In this document: piece after piece, positions 45,996 to 58,889 of the stretch
Position numbering within the stretch: position 1 is the stretch's first letter
Layout: each line of letters starts with the position of its first letter
From: Podarcis muralis
Lineage: Eukaryota
Reading direction: 5' to 3'
Length of the DNA stretch: 64,000 nucleotides
NCBI RefSeq assembly: GCF_964188315.1
Contig: NC_135655.1
Span: 78,058,001-78,122,000, forward strand
Program-made: the position numbers and the translations under genes
The notes under the pieces: model-generated
Seen by the model: only the letters and a program-made list of their open reading frames with translations
Told to the model about the DNA's origin: nothing
Database searches by the model: none

Positions 45996-47781
45996 GAGGT
46001 TGGTGGGCAAAGTGTGATAGTTGCTGTGGGAAGTCTACAATTGTACGGTTTAGAATTTTTGCACAATCCTTTACATGTCTAGTCAGAGGCAACTCCCATG
46101 GAGGGGATAAGATTGCACCTTAAGAATATTTCTGTCAGACCCATGTTTTGTATGAAAACATGCGTTGGAAGGTCATCTGAAGTCTCTCATCCGCAACACC
46201 AACCTTCCACTTGTGCCAATGCTGCAAATTAATGCATTACCCCTTTCTGATACCTGAATCAGCCACAAGAGAAAGGTGCTTTGATGGCTCTTGAACATGA
46301 AAAGGAATAATTTTGGCTTTGGCTTTCTAGATCTTTTGCTCTTTGGGTCTTGGAAGCAGCAAGGTGCATTGATTCATGTAAGTCAGAATTATTAAGAATT
46401 ATTAATTATTAATTATTCATCACCTTTTTGCCTCATAAAAACACCCAAGGTGACGTGCATCTCAGTTAAAAAAACAAAACTTTTCACCAAAAAAATCATA
46501 TCACTTTTTCAAACTCATATTGATGGAATGCTCATCTTAGACAGCTAATCCCTCACAGGATTTACAGACGAAATAAAACATTTTATTTTTCCTGTTTTGT
46601 TAGACCAAGCTCCAATCTAGCACCAGTGGTTGTTTGTTTTGTTTGTTTTGAGTGGAGAAAGGGAGAAATAGTCAGCTGATAGCTTTCAAAACAAAAGTAA
46701 ATAATGGGAGGTGTATGTTCTGACACTGGAGAATGGGAGCACACAATCTTGAAAGAAAGTCTAAAAAGAGAAATACTGAAAGGTTTATGAAACAACCCTC
46801 TGTCCCCCCCCCCCCGCCCCGCAAATAACGTTTTTATGTTGTTTTTTTTAAGTCACACCCACAAAATCAATTGCCCTCCCCTTTCTTTTGCTCCACAGGT
46901 AGGCAGCCTTGAATTCCTCTCCTAATTTGCAAAGTCCGTTCCCTTTTCACAACCAAATTTTGGAGACATTTATGGAAAATATCCTAAACGATCAAATCCG
47001 CCTTGGAAAAGAGACTGCATTTTGCCATGGGATTTCATCACAAACAACAATCTGCTAGTGAGGCAGGGGGGAGGACTAAGTTGGAGTGGGGAACTCTTTT
47101 CAGCCGCGACGGCTATACAATATTCCCTCTGAGCAACCTTCTGAGGACCACAGGTCAGTGGGGGGCAGAGCCAGAGGCAAATGTGAGTGGAGTCACAAAT
47201 GTAAACTTTTGTACAGGAAGCTCACATACCCCTCTCTGTCCTCCATCCAGACAAGTGGGAAGCACTATCAGAGCTCAGGGACACATTCCAGCCAGGCAAA
47301 AGCATGCAAGCAGGGTGGAAAGCCTGGCCAGTGAGGGGTGTGGCCTGTAGAATGTTCTGAGGGCCAGATAGAAAGGCCTGGAGGACCACATTTGAGTCCA
47401 AGGCCTGAGGTTCCCCATCATCCTAAGCCCCATCATCCTACTCACCACTCCCCGCCCTGCCAACTGAGTGTTTCAACAGATTCTGCAAAGAGGAAAACAG
47501 GCCTGGGGGTTCGAGGTACAAAATTGTAGCAGTTGCTGTAGTCCCACCAGAAGCCCTTGGAGAACTTTATAATTTTTGGAAAACAGACAGTGGGGAGTCA
47601 AGTCTATTTTAAATGCACACATTTAATAGTTCTTTCAATATACAGATCCTGGGAACATTGCAGTGGACTGGAAACTCTTTTCAGAAAAAGAGAGAACTTC
47701 CTTGTCAACATGGATGCTCTTGTTGGCAATCCTTCTCTGAGATACAGGGAAACCTTCTGAGATCTGAGTCAGATTTGGAAT

Positions 47782-47955
47782 CTAGAAAGTCTTAACGAAA
47801 ACAGGCACATCCATGAGAGAGACTGAATAGCTCCTGATGAAGGTCCCTCCATCAAACACCTGGGCCGTGTTGATGTCCTTCCACTTCTGACCTTCTCTGG
47901 GCAGGTAAATATCTCTTTGACGTTGCCCTTGTTCAGTTATTGGGGCAACAAGGAC
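47782..47955 (-). CDS. GH31-family protein terminal coding exon (57 aa plus TAG); absent from the supplied ORF track
   Basis: VLVAPITEQGQRQRDIYLPREGQKWKDINTAQVFDGGTFIRSYSVSLMDVPVFVKTF*, matching GH31 LVAP....R.IYLP.G.W; tccAG acceptor in phase 0. Confidence 0.92.
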   Translation of the reverse strand, partial: VLVAPITEQGQRQRDIYLPREGQKWKDINTAQVFDGGTFIRSYSVSLMDVPVFVKTF

Positions 47956-48425
47956 CTGGATTGAAAAAGGAAAGTTAGAAGCCTTGGAACATAGAAAACT
48001 GCTTTATACTCAGACCATTGGTCCATCAAGCTCAGTTGTGTAGACACTGCCTGCCTGCCCTATCTGGAGGCATGAGACATTGAACCTGGGATCTAATGGA
48101 TGTGAAGCATATGCTCTACCAGGGCTGTAGCCTTGCCCTTAGAGTATGTAGTCAGAACACTGATAATTTCCGCTCAGCCCCTCCAAGAGGTGGGTGGGGT
48201 TTGCGATCCTGGGACCAGGGTGCCACCCGCCTTGGCTACAGGGTGGCCATCGCCCCACTGATAAAGTAAAGCTCACTTGAAACCAGCACACTATTACCTG
48301 TTCTGATAATGACTTTATATCATAACGGTGAAATCAATAAAGTTTGCTTTGACGCCATCTATTAAAACCCCACCCTTCTTCCCAAAAGATCCTAGGGCGG
48401 CAAACAACAAGTGATAAAACGATTA

Positions 48426-48870
48426 CCGTATTTTTCGGCCTATAGGACGCACTTTTCCCCCTCCAAAAATGAAGGGGAAATGTGTGTGCGTCCTATGGGG
48501 CGAATACAGGCTTTCGCTGAAGCCTGGAGAACCGTGCGCACTGACCCCTCTTGCTCTCCAGGCTTCAGGAAGCTCTGCGCAACCCTCGGGAGCCCGGCGC
48601 AAAGCCGCGCTGGGCTCTGGTGGGTTGCGCAGAGCTGCCTGCGCTCCAGGGCAGAGCGCCCCGCACTTTGGGAAGACATCGGCAGCCCCACAAGCTCAGG
48701 GGACAGCGGGGAGGCGCAGCGCCGCCATCCCACTGTTCCCCGACCTGGTTTGGATTCCCCGACCTGGTTTTGGGGGGGGGATAAAGGAAATTTCCCCCCC
48801 CTTTATTTCCCCCCCAAAAAAACTAGGTGCGTCCTATGGGCCGGTGCGTCCTATGGGACGAAAAATACGG
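48426..48870. mobile_element. Tc1/mariner-superfamily MITE (CCGTA family), 445 bp
   Basis: TA|CCGTATTTTTCGGCCTATAGGACGCAC...GTGCGTCCTATGGGACGAAAAATACGG|TA; GC-rich interior. Confidence 0.85.
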
Positions 48871-50506
48871 TAAGAAATCTTGAAAAGATGTTATGAACGT
48901 CTTTAAAACAATACTGTACTGATGCAAACTGGGCAAAGACTGATCTAAAGAGAGGTTCCAGGAAGACGAGGGCAGCCTTTTTTTGGTTTGTTTTAAAACG
49001 CAGAGTTCTAAGGTACTAGAGTGCACAAATGTTCATCATTACAGCACAATGGTTCTTTCCAAATTCATGAAAGATTCTTTATGAGTGACAGACTTGAGTC
49101 TGAGTCCATACTTATTTTAATTGGAATTGGCAGGAGTTGCAAACACATTACGTTGTATTTTCAGAACTGAACTTTTATCACAAATTTGGATCCCAGCCGC
49201 TCAGCAGAAAGGCCTGATGTTCTTAGTCCAATCTTTGGTTTTGCATTAGCTGTATCGTAAGAAAAGATCTCTTCTTGTTAATGCAGGCCATATTTCTGCA
49301 TTGGAAACTGTCCGATTCAATTTTAGAGATTCCCCCCGCTGCCCCATTTAAGTGATTTTCTGGGAGGAGATATGTGATGATATCTTATAAGTGCAGATTC
49401 CACTTGTCAGCTTACCGTAGGCTGCATTTCACAAATAATGTTTGCCATGAAATTGAATTTATGTTCTTTTTAAAATGCAAGGGCCAAACTAGTGGAATGA
49501 TGGCCTGCCTTGTTTACAGAAATGGATCTGCTGCTCCATTTCTATAAAGTGTGAAGCAGATTTAAAGTGGGAAAATGTCCTTTTCTGCTGCCTGTGCCTT
49601 TTCTCTGAAACCCCTTTGATTTTTCTCCTAGTGGACCTCCATGGCTAAAAGTAACACTGGCTAAGAGGAAAACACATTTCAAATAATTTCACCTGGAAAA
49701 GCATAGATGGGGATATTTAATTCCCCCACTGATGCCATGCTTTAAATTGACCCGGGCACCAATTTAGGAGGAGTCAGGAAGACTCATAGCTAGGTCCTGC
49801 TGCCATCACGTCTAGTTCAAAAGTGGGGAAATGGCCACCTTTATTTGTCGCAAGCTGAATACATCCACTGAAATCAATATAAAAGCATCAAGGTCTCAGG
49901 ACTTGATATATGTCAAAGCTCTGATCCTTTCATGTTGGAAAGTGTAATGGCTTTTTACAAATGGCCATGATTTCCATTTCACCTCCAATGAAATGTACCT
50001 ACTTCCAAGAACAAGGATCTTGGTACAGCGATGCTAGGACATTTGCCCTAGGCCTCTATGCAACAGATAAGAAACCTGTAATTGATGCTGACACTATTAC
50101 GCTTCTGGAGCTGCAGTTCACCTTATGGAATTAAGGACAGGTCATGAGTGTCTGTTTCACTTAACTGAATCAGATGAGGCAGTGGGATTCTGGAGTGCAG
50201 ACCTGACTTGGAATGGATTCTGACACAGAAGAATATATTAACTAGCCCCAATATAACCAGAAAAGGCCACCTATTCCTGAGTTTATAACCATAAACAAAG
50301 GTAATAAAATATGAAGTCAATATAAATGTTTATACTAATGTCTCCATTCCACAAGGGTTTTATATTTCTTTCACTCACAGAATTTCCATGTACAGATGCA
50401 AAGGTGATGACAGCTTTCTGACATACTTGATTTGTTCCCTTTCTGGGGCCTCTGTGTTTTACTACTAATGTTTAAAGATCACAAGGACACAAGCATAAGC
50501 CTAGTA

Positions 50507-51284
50507 CAGTGGTACCTCGGTTATCGAACAGCTTAGTTCCAGAACAACACGGAACCTGAACACTGCAAACCCGGAAGTAGGTGTTTTGGTTTTCGAACTT
50601 TGCCTCAGAAGCCGAATGTGCTGCTGAGCTTCCGTTTTCACTGTTGCGCAGCTCATTTGAGTCCCCTGCATAGTTATTAAGGCTTTTTTCGTGCTGTTTT
50701 TACCCTTGCGCAGCTTATTTAAGTCCTCCCCCCATCGAAATTAAGGCTTTTTTCCTTCCATTTTTACCCTTGCACAGCTAATTTAAGTCCCCTCCCCCCA
50801 TCGTAATTAAAGCCTTCTGTTTCTGATTACAGTGTTCTGAGGTGATATTTGGTGCTTTTGTTTTTGCTAATTTTTTGAGTTTTTGTTTGTGTGGCTTTTT
50901 CATTTTTGTGACTGTGGCTTGTTTTTTGTTTTATGACTGATTGATTGTTTGATTGTGTGACTGTGGAAATGGATAAAAGCCCCCCATCCAAACAGTGACT
51001 ATCATCAGTGCAGGTAAGGGAAAAAAATTAATTTTAATTTTTATCATCTACAATACTGTCTTATTTATTTTATAGTTCAGAACATTGATTATTGCTTTCA
51101 TTTTATGGATCAATGGTCTTGTTAGATAGTAAAATTCATGTTAAATTGCTATTTTAGGGGTTGTTTTTAAAAGTCTGGAACGGATTAATTACTTTCTATG
51201 GGAAAGTGCACCTTGGTTTTGGAACGCTTTGGTTTTGGAACAGACTTCCAGAACCAATTAAGTTTGAGAACCAAGGTAGTACTG
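50507..51284. mobile_element. Longer Tigger-like non-autonomous element (778 bp) with an internal ~60-bp triplet repeat
   Basis: TA|CAGTGGTACCTCGGTT...AACCAAGGTAGTACTG|TA; TTGC(G/A)CAGCT..TTT(G/A)AGTCC unit three times at about 50645-50815. Confidence 0.75.
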
Positions 51285-54200
51285 TACCATTTAAGAAGGC
51301 ACTGCCATTCTGCCTCATTGCAGCTTTGCTTCTTTGTTCACCTGGCTGGATCAGCTAGACTCAAAGCAGAACACCTGATAGTGAAACTGATGTCATCTTC
51401 AGATGTTCCCAACCAGCACCAAAGAGTGCCTTGCCTAGGAAGATCAAAGTTTGACTAGGAAGATCAGATGACTGAAAATAGCCCTTGGACTTGTAGCAAG
51501 GTCACTGTGCATTCCACACAATGGTGGCTGAGCAACCATCTGCCACAAGGTTTAATTGGTAACTAGCTGTTCCTACTCCCTCGCTGTCAGCCCAAAGTCC
51601 ATTTGTCTGTGAGAGCAAGTGTTCTGATTACTTGCACGTCTACATAGTCTGCTTCAAGGTGTATGGAACTTGTCACAATCAGGCAAAAGCCGTTTTCAAT
51701 TATGTGAATCAGAATACAATGAGAAACATGCAGGCCCACGAGAGAGAATTGTGTATCATACCCACTAAAAACATTCCAAGTTCTATAAATAACATTGTCT
51801 AAGAAGACTAAGCACACCCAGGCACACTCATCGTTGCACTCACTTGTGATTTTTCACTTCACAGAAGATATTAGGTTGCCTACATTTTTCACACCATTCG
51901 GCTGTTCACATGAGTTGCCATTTGCAGAAGTGGCCACTGTATTTCGGGCTTGTCTATACGGCAACAAAATGTAGGAGTATCCACATGATGTCAGTCCTAC
52001 CCCCATTTTTGTCTTGGACCTTTCTCCCTTGTAAATGCAGGGATTTTCAATCATCTTACATCTTACATTTTAAAGGGCGGAAGGTCAAGGATCACACTGG
52101 GATGAGGTTCACATTTTACTTTGGACAGTACAGGAGAAAAGACTATCCTAACCCTGCACATTCTCTAATACAGTAGTAACCAAGACAATTTAAAGCATCA
52201 AAGCAGAAATAATTGATCAAAAAGATTGCGATGAGGCAACTACTGCTCTTCTTAAAACGGTCACTGTAAATTTTAGAAGGCCTCAAATGCACACAAAACT
52301 CCATTGCCCTTTGAGCGCTTAATGAGCCCTCAGTGAGAGCCTTCTTAATATGATTAAAGGCAACACTTTAGATCCTACCATGCACCAGCCTCAGAACTAA
52401 AGACACTAAAGATCAATGTGTCGTTGCCTTGATCTGGGAGAAATATTTAAGTCTTTACATTAATCATAAGTTCAGCAAATAGGAAAGTGCTTCAAAAGAT
52501 TTAATTAGATATTGGCTGTATTTGAAATGCTAACAGCAAAAGAAATTAGAGTGTTAACTGCTCTTTAATTTATTTCCAGTTGCTTGTTAATGCTAATTGA
52601 TTATAACATTAACGGAGCACCCAATTGCCTTATTAATCTAGACAAACAAGATCTGAAATACTTGGAGGCATCATTGGCATGAACATCTCATAGAAATCAA
52701 TCTCATAAACAGTCTTCCTTGTTTCAAGATGCCTCTAGGTGTGGACAGCTAGTACCACCACCCATGCCTCCTTTTGCCCATGTCAATGGCATCATAGAGA
52801 AAAGGAGCTGGGTATTCCTAGAGCGGTGGAAGATTCTTCCCCAACATGTAAAGACACACATATGGAGGAGATAGTTGTTTAAATTTTATAGTGGACAAAA
52901 AGGGGGCCAGCATTTTATAGTTCTTTATTTGCATTCTTTTCCTCCTATCTCATATAGGAACTTACAGCAAGTCAGACTGCTTGCCTGTCTAGCCCAGTGT
53001 TGTCTGCTCTTCTGACTGGCAGTGACTTTTGAGGGTCTGAGGCAGAGGACATGATGCCAGGGATGGAACCTCAGACCTTCTGAGTTATGGTCACTGTCCT
53101 ACATTTCTAGGATACAGGGCAGGTTATAGGGTTTCATTATGACCAGTGCAAAGTCAAGATGATTTGCTACAGTCCAGTGGCTTTGCTATGCATGTGGTGC
53201 TTCCAATGTATACCCAAACAGTAATATTTGAAAGGATGTCTCAGTCCTCTTCTAACATATACCCCTCTCAACCACCTCTTGTGGTTCACTTGGATAGCTA
53301 CAGACTTCAGGCTTCAATGGGGAAGCTCAACAACTTTGGTTGCCCCCCCCCAACAAAATTCCTGGCTACACCCATATGGCACCATCACCAAGAGAGCAAC
53401 ATGAAGAACTAGCTTACTGAGCAAACAACGGTGTGACCCCAGCCAGTTTCAGTGGTTCTTTGGGCCAGGGTCTGTTTGCGATCTATCATTCCTAAACTTC
53501 CATCAATGTAATCCAGAGTTCCTTTTCACAAACAGCCAAGGAGAAACTAATCATGTTTCAACAGAATCAATGGAGACATGTGCTTAGATTGTTACCCAAA
53601 CAATAAAGTTGATTTGGAAAGTGGTCTTGATAGAATGGGCCTCTAACTGCCATTGATCTCCAACGGGTTTTAGTCCACTGAGGAAAAGACTGTGGTATTG
53701 AATCCCTATACTATACCACCTCATTTATTTACAGGGGGGGGGGGCATGATTCAGTGATGGAATAATGTGTGATTCAGCATGTTTTTATTGAAAAGTGTCA
53801 TATGAATTAACAGGTAAACCTTTGGTTATAATCTATGGGCAGTCACCAATGTAGAACTTTATCAAGTAGATTCTAAAGCCTGCCATCGTAATCTGTGATT
53901 ATTGTACCAGCAGAACACATGTTCTTATAGTATCCTCATTTCCTCAGTTTTGTCTCTTATTTATACAGGTGAAAGTTGTTTTTTTCCATGCTAGCAAAAA
54001 AACAAACCAAAAACCAGAAGCTTCACTGGGGACGCAGCCAGTCATGCTATAATAAATCAAGTTGATCAACTAAGAATGCCCCATAAAACATCACCTCCTG
54101 CATAACTAGCCACACACAGAAAAAGCGTAACATACAGCTACGTCCAACAGGCTTTCCCAGACTATTGTAGAAGACTCTAAAGTAAACCAACAGATGGGTG

Positions 54201-55809
54201 ATGGATTTTCCAGGATGACAGTAGTAGGAGCCATAGAAGGGGGAGCGGGGTGGAGATGGAAAGAAGCGTGAGAGGAAATGAGAGAAGTGAAAGTGAGATC
54301 TAGAATGTCACTGAATGGAAAGCCCCATATTTCACTCTGGTACTGTAGGCATTTGCTTGCTTTGCTAAAAGCATTGTAAACCTGCCGGTTGAAATACTGA
54401 TGTTGCTGGGCTTTTGTGAGGCTGTGGAAAATGTCACATAAATCACAATCACTCCAGTGAACCCTCTGCCAAAGGGAAGGTAATGGTGGGAAACCAGCGA
54501 GGAATGGTAAATGTGATGTAGTGGCTGGACAGAGGCAGCGTTGAAAGGGAAAGTTTTAAAAGTGCTATTTACTTCTCTGACTAATGGTTGACCTAGTAAG
54601 GAGGTCACAGTGGCCTGGTTCATATGACAGGGAGGGTCAAACTACACGGAAGGATGCATGAATCTGTCGCATTTTGGTTTCTCTTTGTTGCTCATTTTTT
54701 TCAAATCTTAAATTCAGTTCTCCACTTTCTGCATCTAATTTTCAAATTTCTTTTTTTTTTAACCCTCGTGTAGATTCATCAACATTTTAGTGTGAATTTT
54801 TCCTAATAAACACATTTTTGTCTGCAATTTTATTTAATACACACATTTTTGCACGTCGTTTCCCCTGATTTAATGCATTGTTGTGTTATTTTTATGAATA
54901 TACACATTTTTATGCACACCTCCCCCAATATATGCATTTATTTTTAATTATTTTACACATTGATTGGAGAACTGCATTGCAAAATTTAGAGTAGTGCCAA
55001 TTTCAATTCACACATCATTTCTGGAAGTGAGAATTAGGTAGCTTTTTGTTAAATTGAGAATCAATTGCTCTTCCCTGGCCTTTTTTACTGCTGCATTGAG
55101 CTAAGCCAAAGTTTGACCCATCAGACATTCTCCAGGAGCCTGCACATTTTTGCAGCCCTTGTAAGCCATAGTTTGGCTTACTGCACCCTGCAAAACAGAC
55201 TATGGATGGATAGCAAGTTATAGCTGGGGAGTACTGAGACGACATTCTGGAATACTTTGTCAGGAACCATTGGTGCTTTAGGTTATGAGTAGATTCTGAG
55301 GGATGCTACCTTAAACAAGTCAGATACCTGCACCTTTATAAGGAAATCATGCTATAACCTTCGAAACTGGACAACTGATCATATATTCATCTCTCTCCTC
55401 CATTTCTGATGTCCATCACAGTCACATTCCTGTGAGGAATCCAGTTTGCAGCTCTGCCCTCATGATGGATAATGGGCTGCTGCCAGGCCAGATCTAGACC
55501 CTGAAGCAGTTTTATCTGGCTTGCCAGGCAGACTTGACACAGAAGTAAAATTTTGCAACAATTTTTTTTGCAGTCCTTTACAGTATTAGCATATGTCTTA
55601 TATCATCAGCATCCCGCTCATTGTCTGGAAATGACCCTGAACATGAAGAAGTTAGCCACTCCTTCACCCCCACTTAATGTATTGACGCTAAAATTGCCAG
55701 ATGTCTGGACATGTAGAAACCGTTTAGATCCGTTCTATTTTTCCAAGCACAAGAAGTTAATGGGCCAAATAAACCTTAAATCAAAATTTGGCTCTTGATT
55801 GGCTTTCTC

Positions 55810-56420
55810 CCCACACCTTTTTCAATACAATAAGTACATCTCAATCATGTCCTCCTTGACTTTTTGTAAACTTAAAAATCTCTACATGCAAAGTTTTTAG
55901 ACTCTCCTCATGTGGTGGGTACTCCAACCTCTTGATTATTTACTTGCCTGCTCTGTATCTTTCTCCTGTCCTTTAGTATTCATTTGGAGTGAAATATAGG
56001 CATTCCACCAATTTATGTAACAGCATTGTGATAGGGATTATTTTTTTTAGGGGATCAAATATAAAGCTAACATGAGATTTATGTTTCCCCACACACTGCC
56101 ACTACGTGAACTGCTGTTCTTCATGAACTTTCCATTCTGACTCCAAGATCCCCTTCCTGAATAGTCACAGCCAAGTTAGACTTCATATATTAGGATTTTC
56201 ATGTCCCAGCAAGCATCACTTTGGACCTCCTTGCACTGAATCACATTGCCCATTCTACTGCCCATTTGCTCAGTTAGAAGAAAGCTTTCACACACTGCTT
56301 GGGTTTTCACCATCCTGAGTAGTTTTGTGTCATCTTCTACACTTTTGTTCACCTCTGACTCTGAGTCCTTCATGATTAAGTTAAACAGCATGGATCCCAA
56401 TGGAAGACCTCATGGGTGAT
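55810..56420 (-). mobile_element. Decayed CR1 LINE RT/3' fragment
   Basis: Minus ORF GSMLFNLIMKDSESEVNKSVEDDTKLLRMVKTQAVCE resembles CR1 GPVLFNIFINDL..KFADDTKL. Confidence 0.7.
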
Positions 56421-56554
56421 TTTCATCCATTGTTAGTAATACACTTTTATTCTTAGTCTTAGTTTTCTGTTTTTAATGCTTTAATGTTGGAACCTTCTGG
56501 TAACATTTTGTAGGAGTCATTTGGGAGGAAGATGATAAAGATAGAGGCAGACAG

Positions 56555-56556
<2 letters not shown>

Positions 56557-56592
<36 letters not shown>
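56557..56592. repeat. (AC)n microsatellite
   Basis: About 18 AC units. Confidence 0.95.
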
Positions 56593-56594
<2 letters not shown>

Positions 56595-57045
56595 CAAATA
56601 TATAATGTCCACTGGATCACATATGTCTCTGTTTTCCTACACAGAGCAAGAAGTTGGGCAGGCGATGTTCAAGGTCCCTTCCATCACTATCATTGTATGA
56701 TTTTACATTTTGACTGGACAATCTAAATGTGTCTCGTTCCAAAAGTTTAGTGAGGCAAGAATTCCATTTACAGAAGTCATGCTGATTCCTCCTCAGCAAA
56801 GTTAATTCTTCCATGTTTTCAGAATTCTAGCTATAATAAATGTTTTCTGCCAATTTTAATTTATGAGGGTTTTCTATCATCAAGTATTCTATTTTACCTT
56901 TGTAACGTTACATGAATTTTCAAAACCCGCAGAGAACTGAAATGTTCAGTACTCTAATATAAATCCAAATGCCTTATAGAAAATATTCAGTCCCTGAGAT
57001 GCCCTTCCTGGTCCAAAACATGCTGGAGTAAAATTTATTTCTTAC

Positions 57046-57225
57046 CTCATCTCCTATGAGAAATTCATCATCAATTGTAAAGGTAATGGACTCAGTGGGG
57101 CTGAGCCACCATACAGGTCGAAAAATAGGGTATCCTACAGAGAGCCACTCCTTGCTGTATTTTTCAACAAGAGGCACCACAAAACTCTGATGTGTCTGAA
57201 CATAGTGCCTGGTGAGATTCAGCAC
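57046..57225 (-). CDS. GH31-family protein exon (180 bp)
   Basis: VLNLTRHYVQTHQSFVVPLVEKYSKEWLSVGYPIFRPVWWLSPTESITFTIDDEFLIGDE, matching GH31 G.PI.RP.WW..P....D.EFL.GD; tttcAG and GTaaga sites. Confidence 0.92.
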
Positions 57226-58767
57226 CTGAAAGAAAGGAAGTTCAGCATATTATTTAAATACGCTGTGGAGAAGACAATAGAGAAGCAGGTATTTTAGTTT
57301 GATTTATGTTCTCCCAAAGGGAGTAGATACAGAGGGTGGAATTCAATGTCACACTCTTTTAATCATTCCATCTGCACAAGCATTGCAGGGATTCCACCCT
57401 CCCCCACACTGTGTGTTGTAATGGAGGTTCTCTCAACTGAGCCAATTTCAGAGTGTGCACAGGGGAAGGAAGGGGGGCGGGGAGGAGCTGTGTTGTATAA
57501 GCAAAAGTCCTTGTGCAGGTCTTCTCCTGACAGGGATGCCTAGGTGAATCCAACCCAGAGTAGCCAATAAAATATGACTTTAGTGGTATTGTAATCCCAG
57601 CCTATCTAAGTCTCTCATCCTTCAGCTTGGATGAAAACCATCTCTTCAGTCTCTTATCGTGCTAGTCTTTACTGCCACTACTCCTGTAGCCAGCATTGTG
57701 TCGAGAGGAGGAGAATGGCAGCAACCACAAACAAATTGGTATAGAATATTTAGAGCAAATTCTGTAAGGTGGCCTTCTTTTTTCAGAAAACTGCCTCCTT
57801 TGAAGTTTCAGCTGAGCTCTAGAACATAGCTAAAGGACTAAGAGAGCATAGCTAAAGGGCTAAGATAAGAAGATTAGTATAAACAGAATTAATAGTGGGA
57901 GAAAGAATGTGAAAGGGGAATTAGAAAGGAGAGATGGGGCACACAGCATGAAGCAACTAGGAGGAGGGGGTAATTTGAACTGATTAAGAGAAGCAAAAAA
58001 GAAGACTGTGAATGGTAGAATGCCATGAGCAAGGTATGCAGCAGAGTTTAGGGCTGAAATAAGAATTTAAGATGAGGTATAAGAAAGCCCTGGTGATAGC
58101 TGAGGCAAGAAAGTACAAGAACTTGAACCAGAGTTTCTATGAAGAAGAAATATATTGCAAGATCTGGCACCAGAATCTTTTGCTGACGAACAACACAGAG
58201 GCAAATTTCTCTCCCCCTCCCTTTCTCCATAACACACACCCCATGTGCAAAACTGAAGCTCACAGCCAGCCCTACCTTTGGGCAAAGTGAAGCAGCTTCC
58301 CTAGGCAGCAATTACAGCCACCTTGCTGATCCTCCTAAGCCCCTATGTTAGAGGACAGAGCTATATATGCTACATGGCATGTCCTGGCCCCCATAAACTG
58401 ACTTGCTATCTCAGGTGTGGCAGAGGACCCTGTCCTACCACCAGTGTTAGATTAAGATTCAACTGCTGGTCCAGTTAGCTTCTGTATGTGAAATGGACCA
58501 TCTTGTCCTTCACCTCAGGCAGCAAAATGCCTTGGGCCAATCCTGGATGAGAGTACTGATGATGTGTCAAGGAAGATGGAAGTGATGATTTCAGAGAAGA
58601 CATACAGAGTATACTGTTTAATCCACCTTAAACTTTGGTGGTGGTGAATCATCCAAAATGAGACATTGTGGAGATAAAAAATATTAGTAAGAACTGAGGG
58701 AGAGAATTCGGGAACCAAGAGAGCAGAATATTATCATTAGCATACCAGTGGTAGTTGATATACCTAC

Positions 58768-58889
58768 CCAGTCATCACAACAGACCCACGGTGGAGTATG
58801 GAAAGACATCACAGGAAGGAAAGTCACAATCTGCAGCCATCTAATATATAGCTCTTCATCGATCAGAAATTCATTTGCAAGACTTCCTC
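58768..58889 (-). CDS. GH31-family protein exon (122 bp)
   Basis: (G)GSLANEFLIDEELYIRWLQIVTFLPVMSFHTPPWVCCDDW, matching the GH31 ELYIRW..F.P.M.F..PPW motif; AG/GT sites; phase 1 to 0. Confidence 0.92.
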
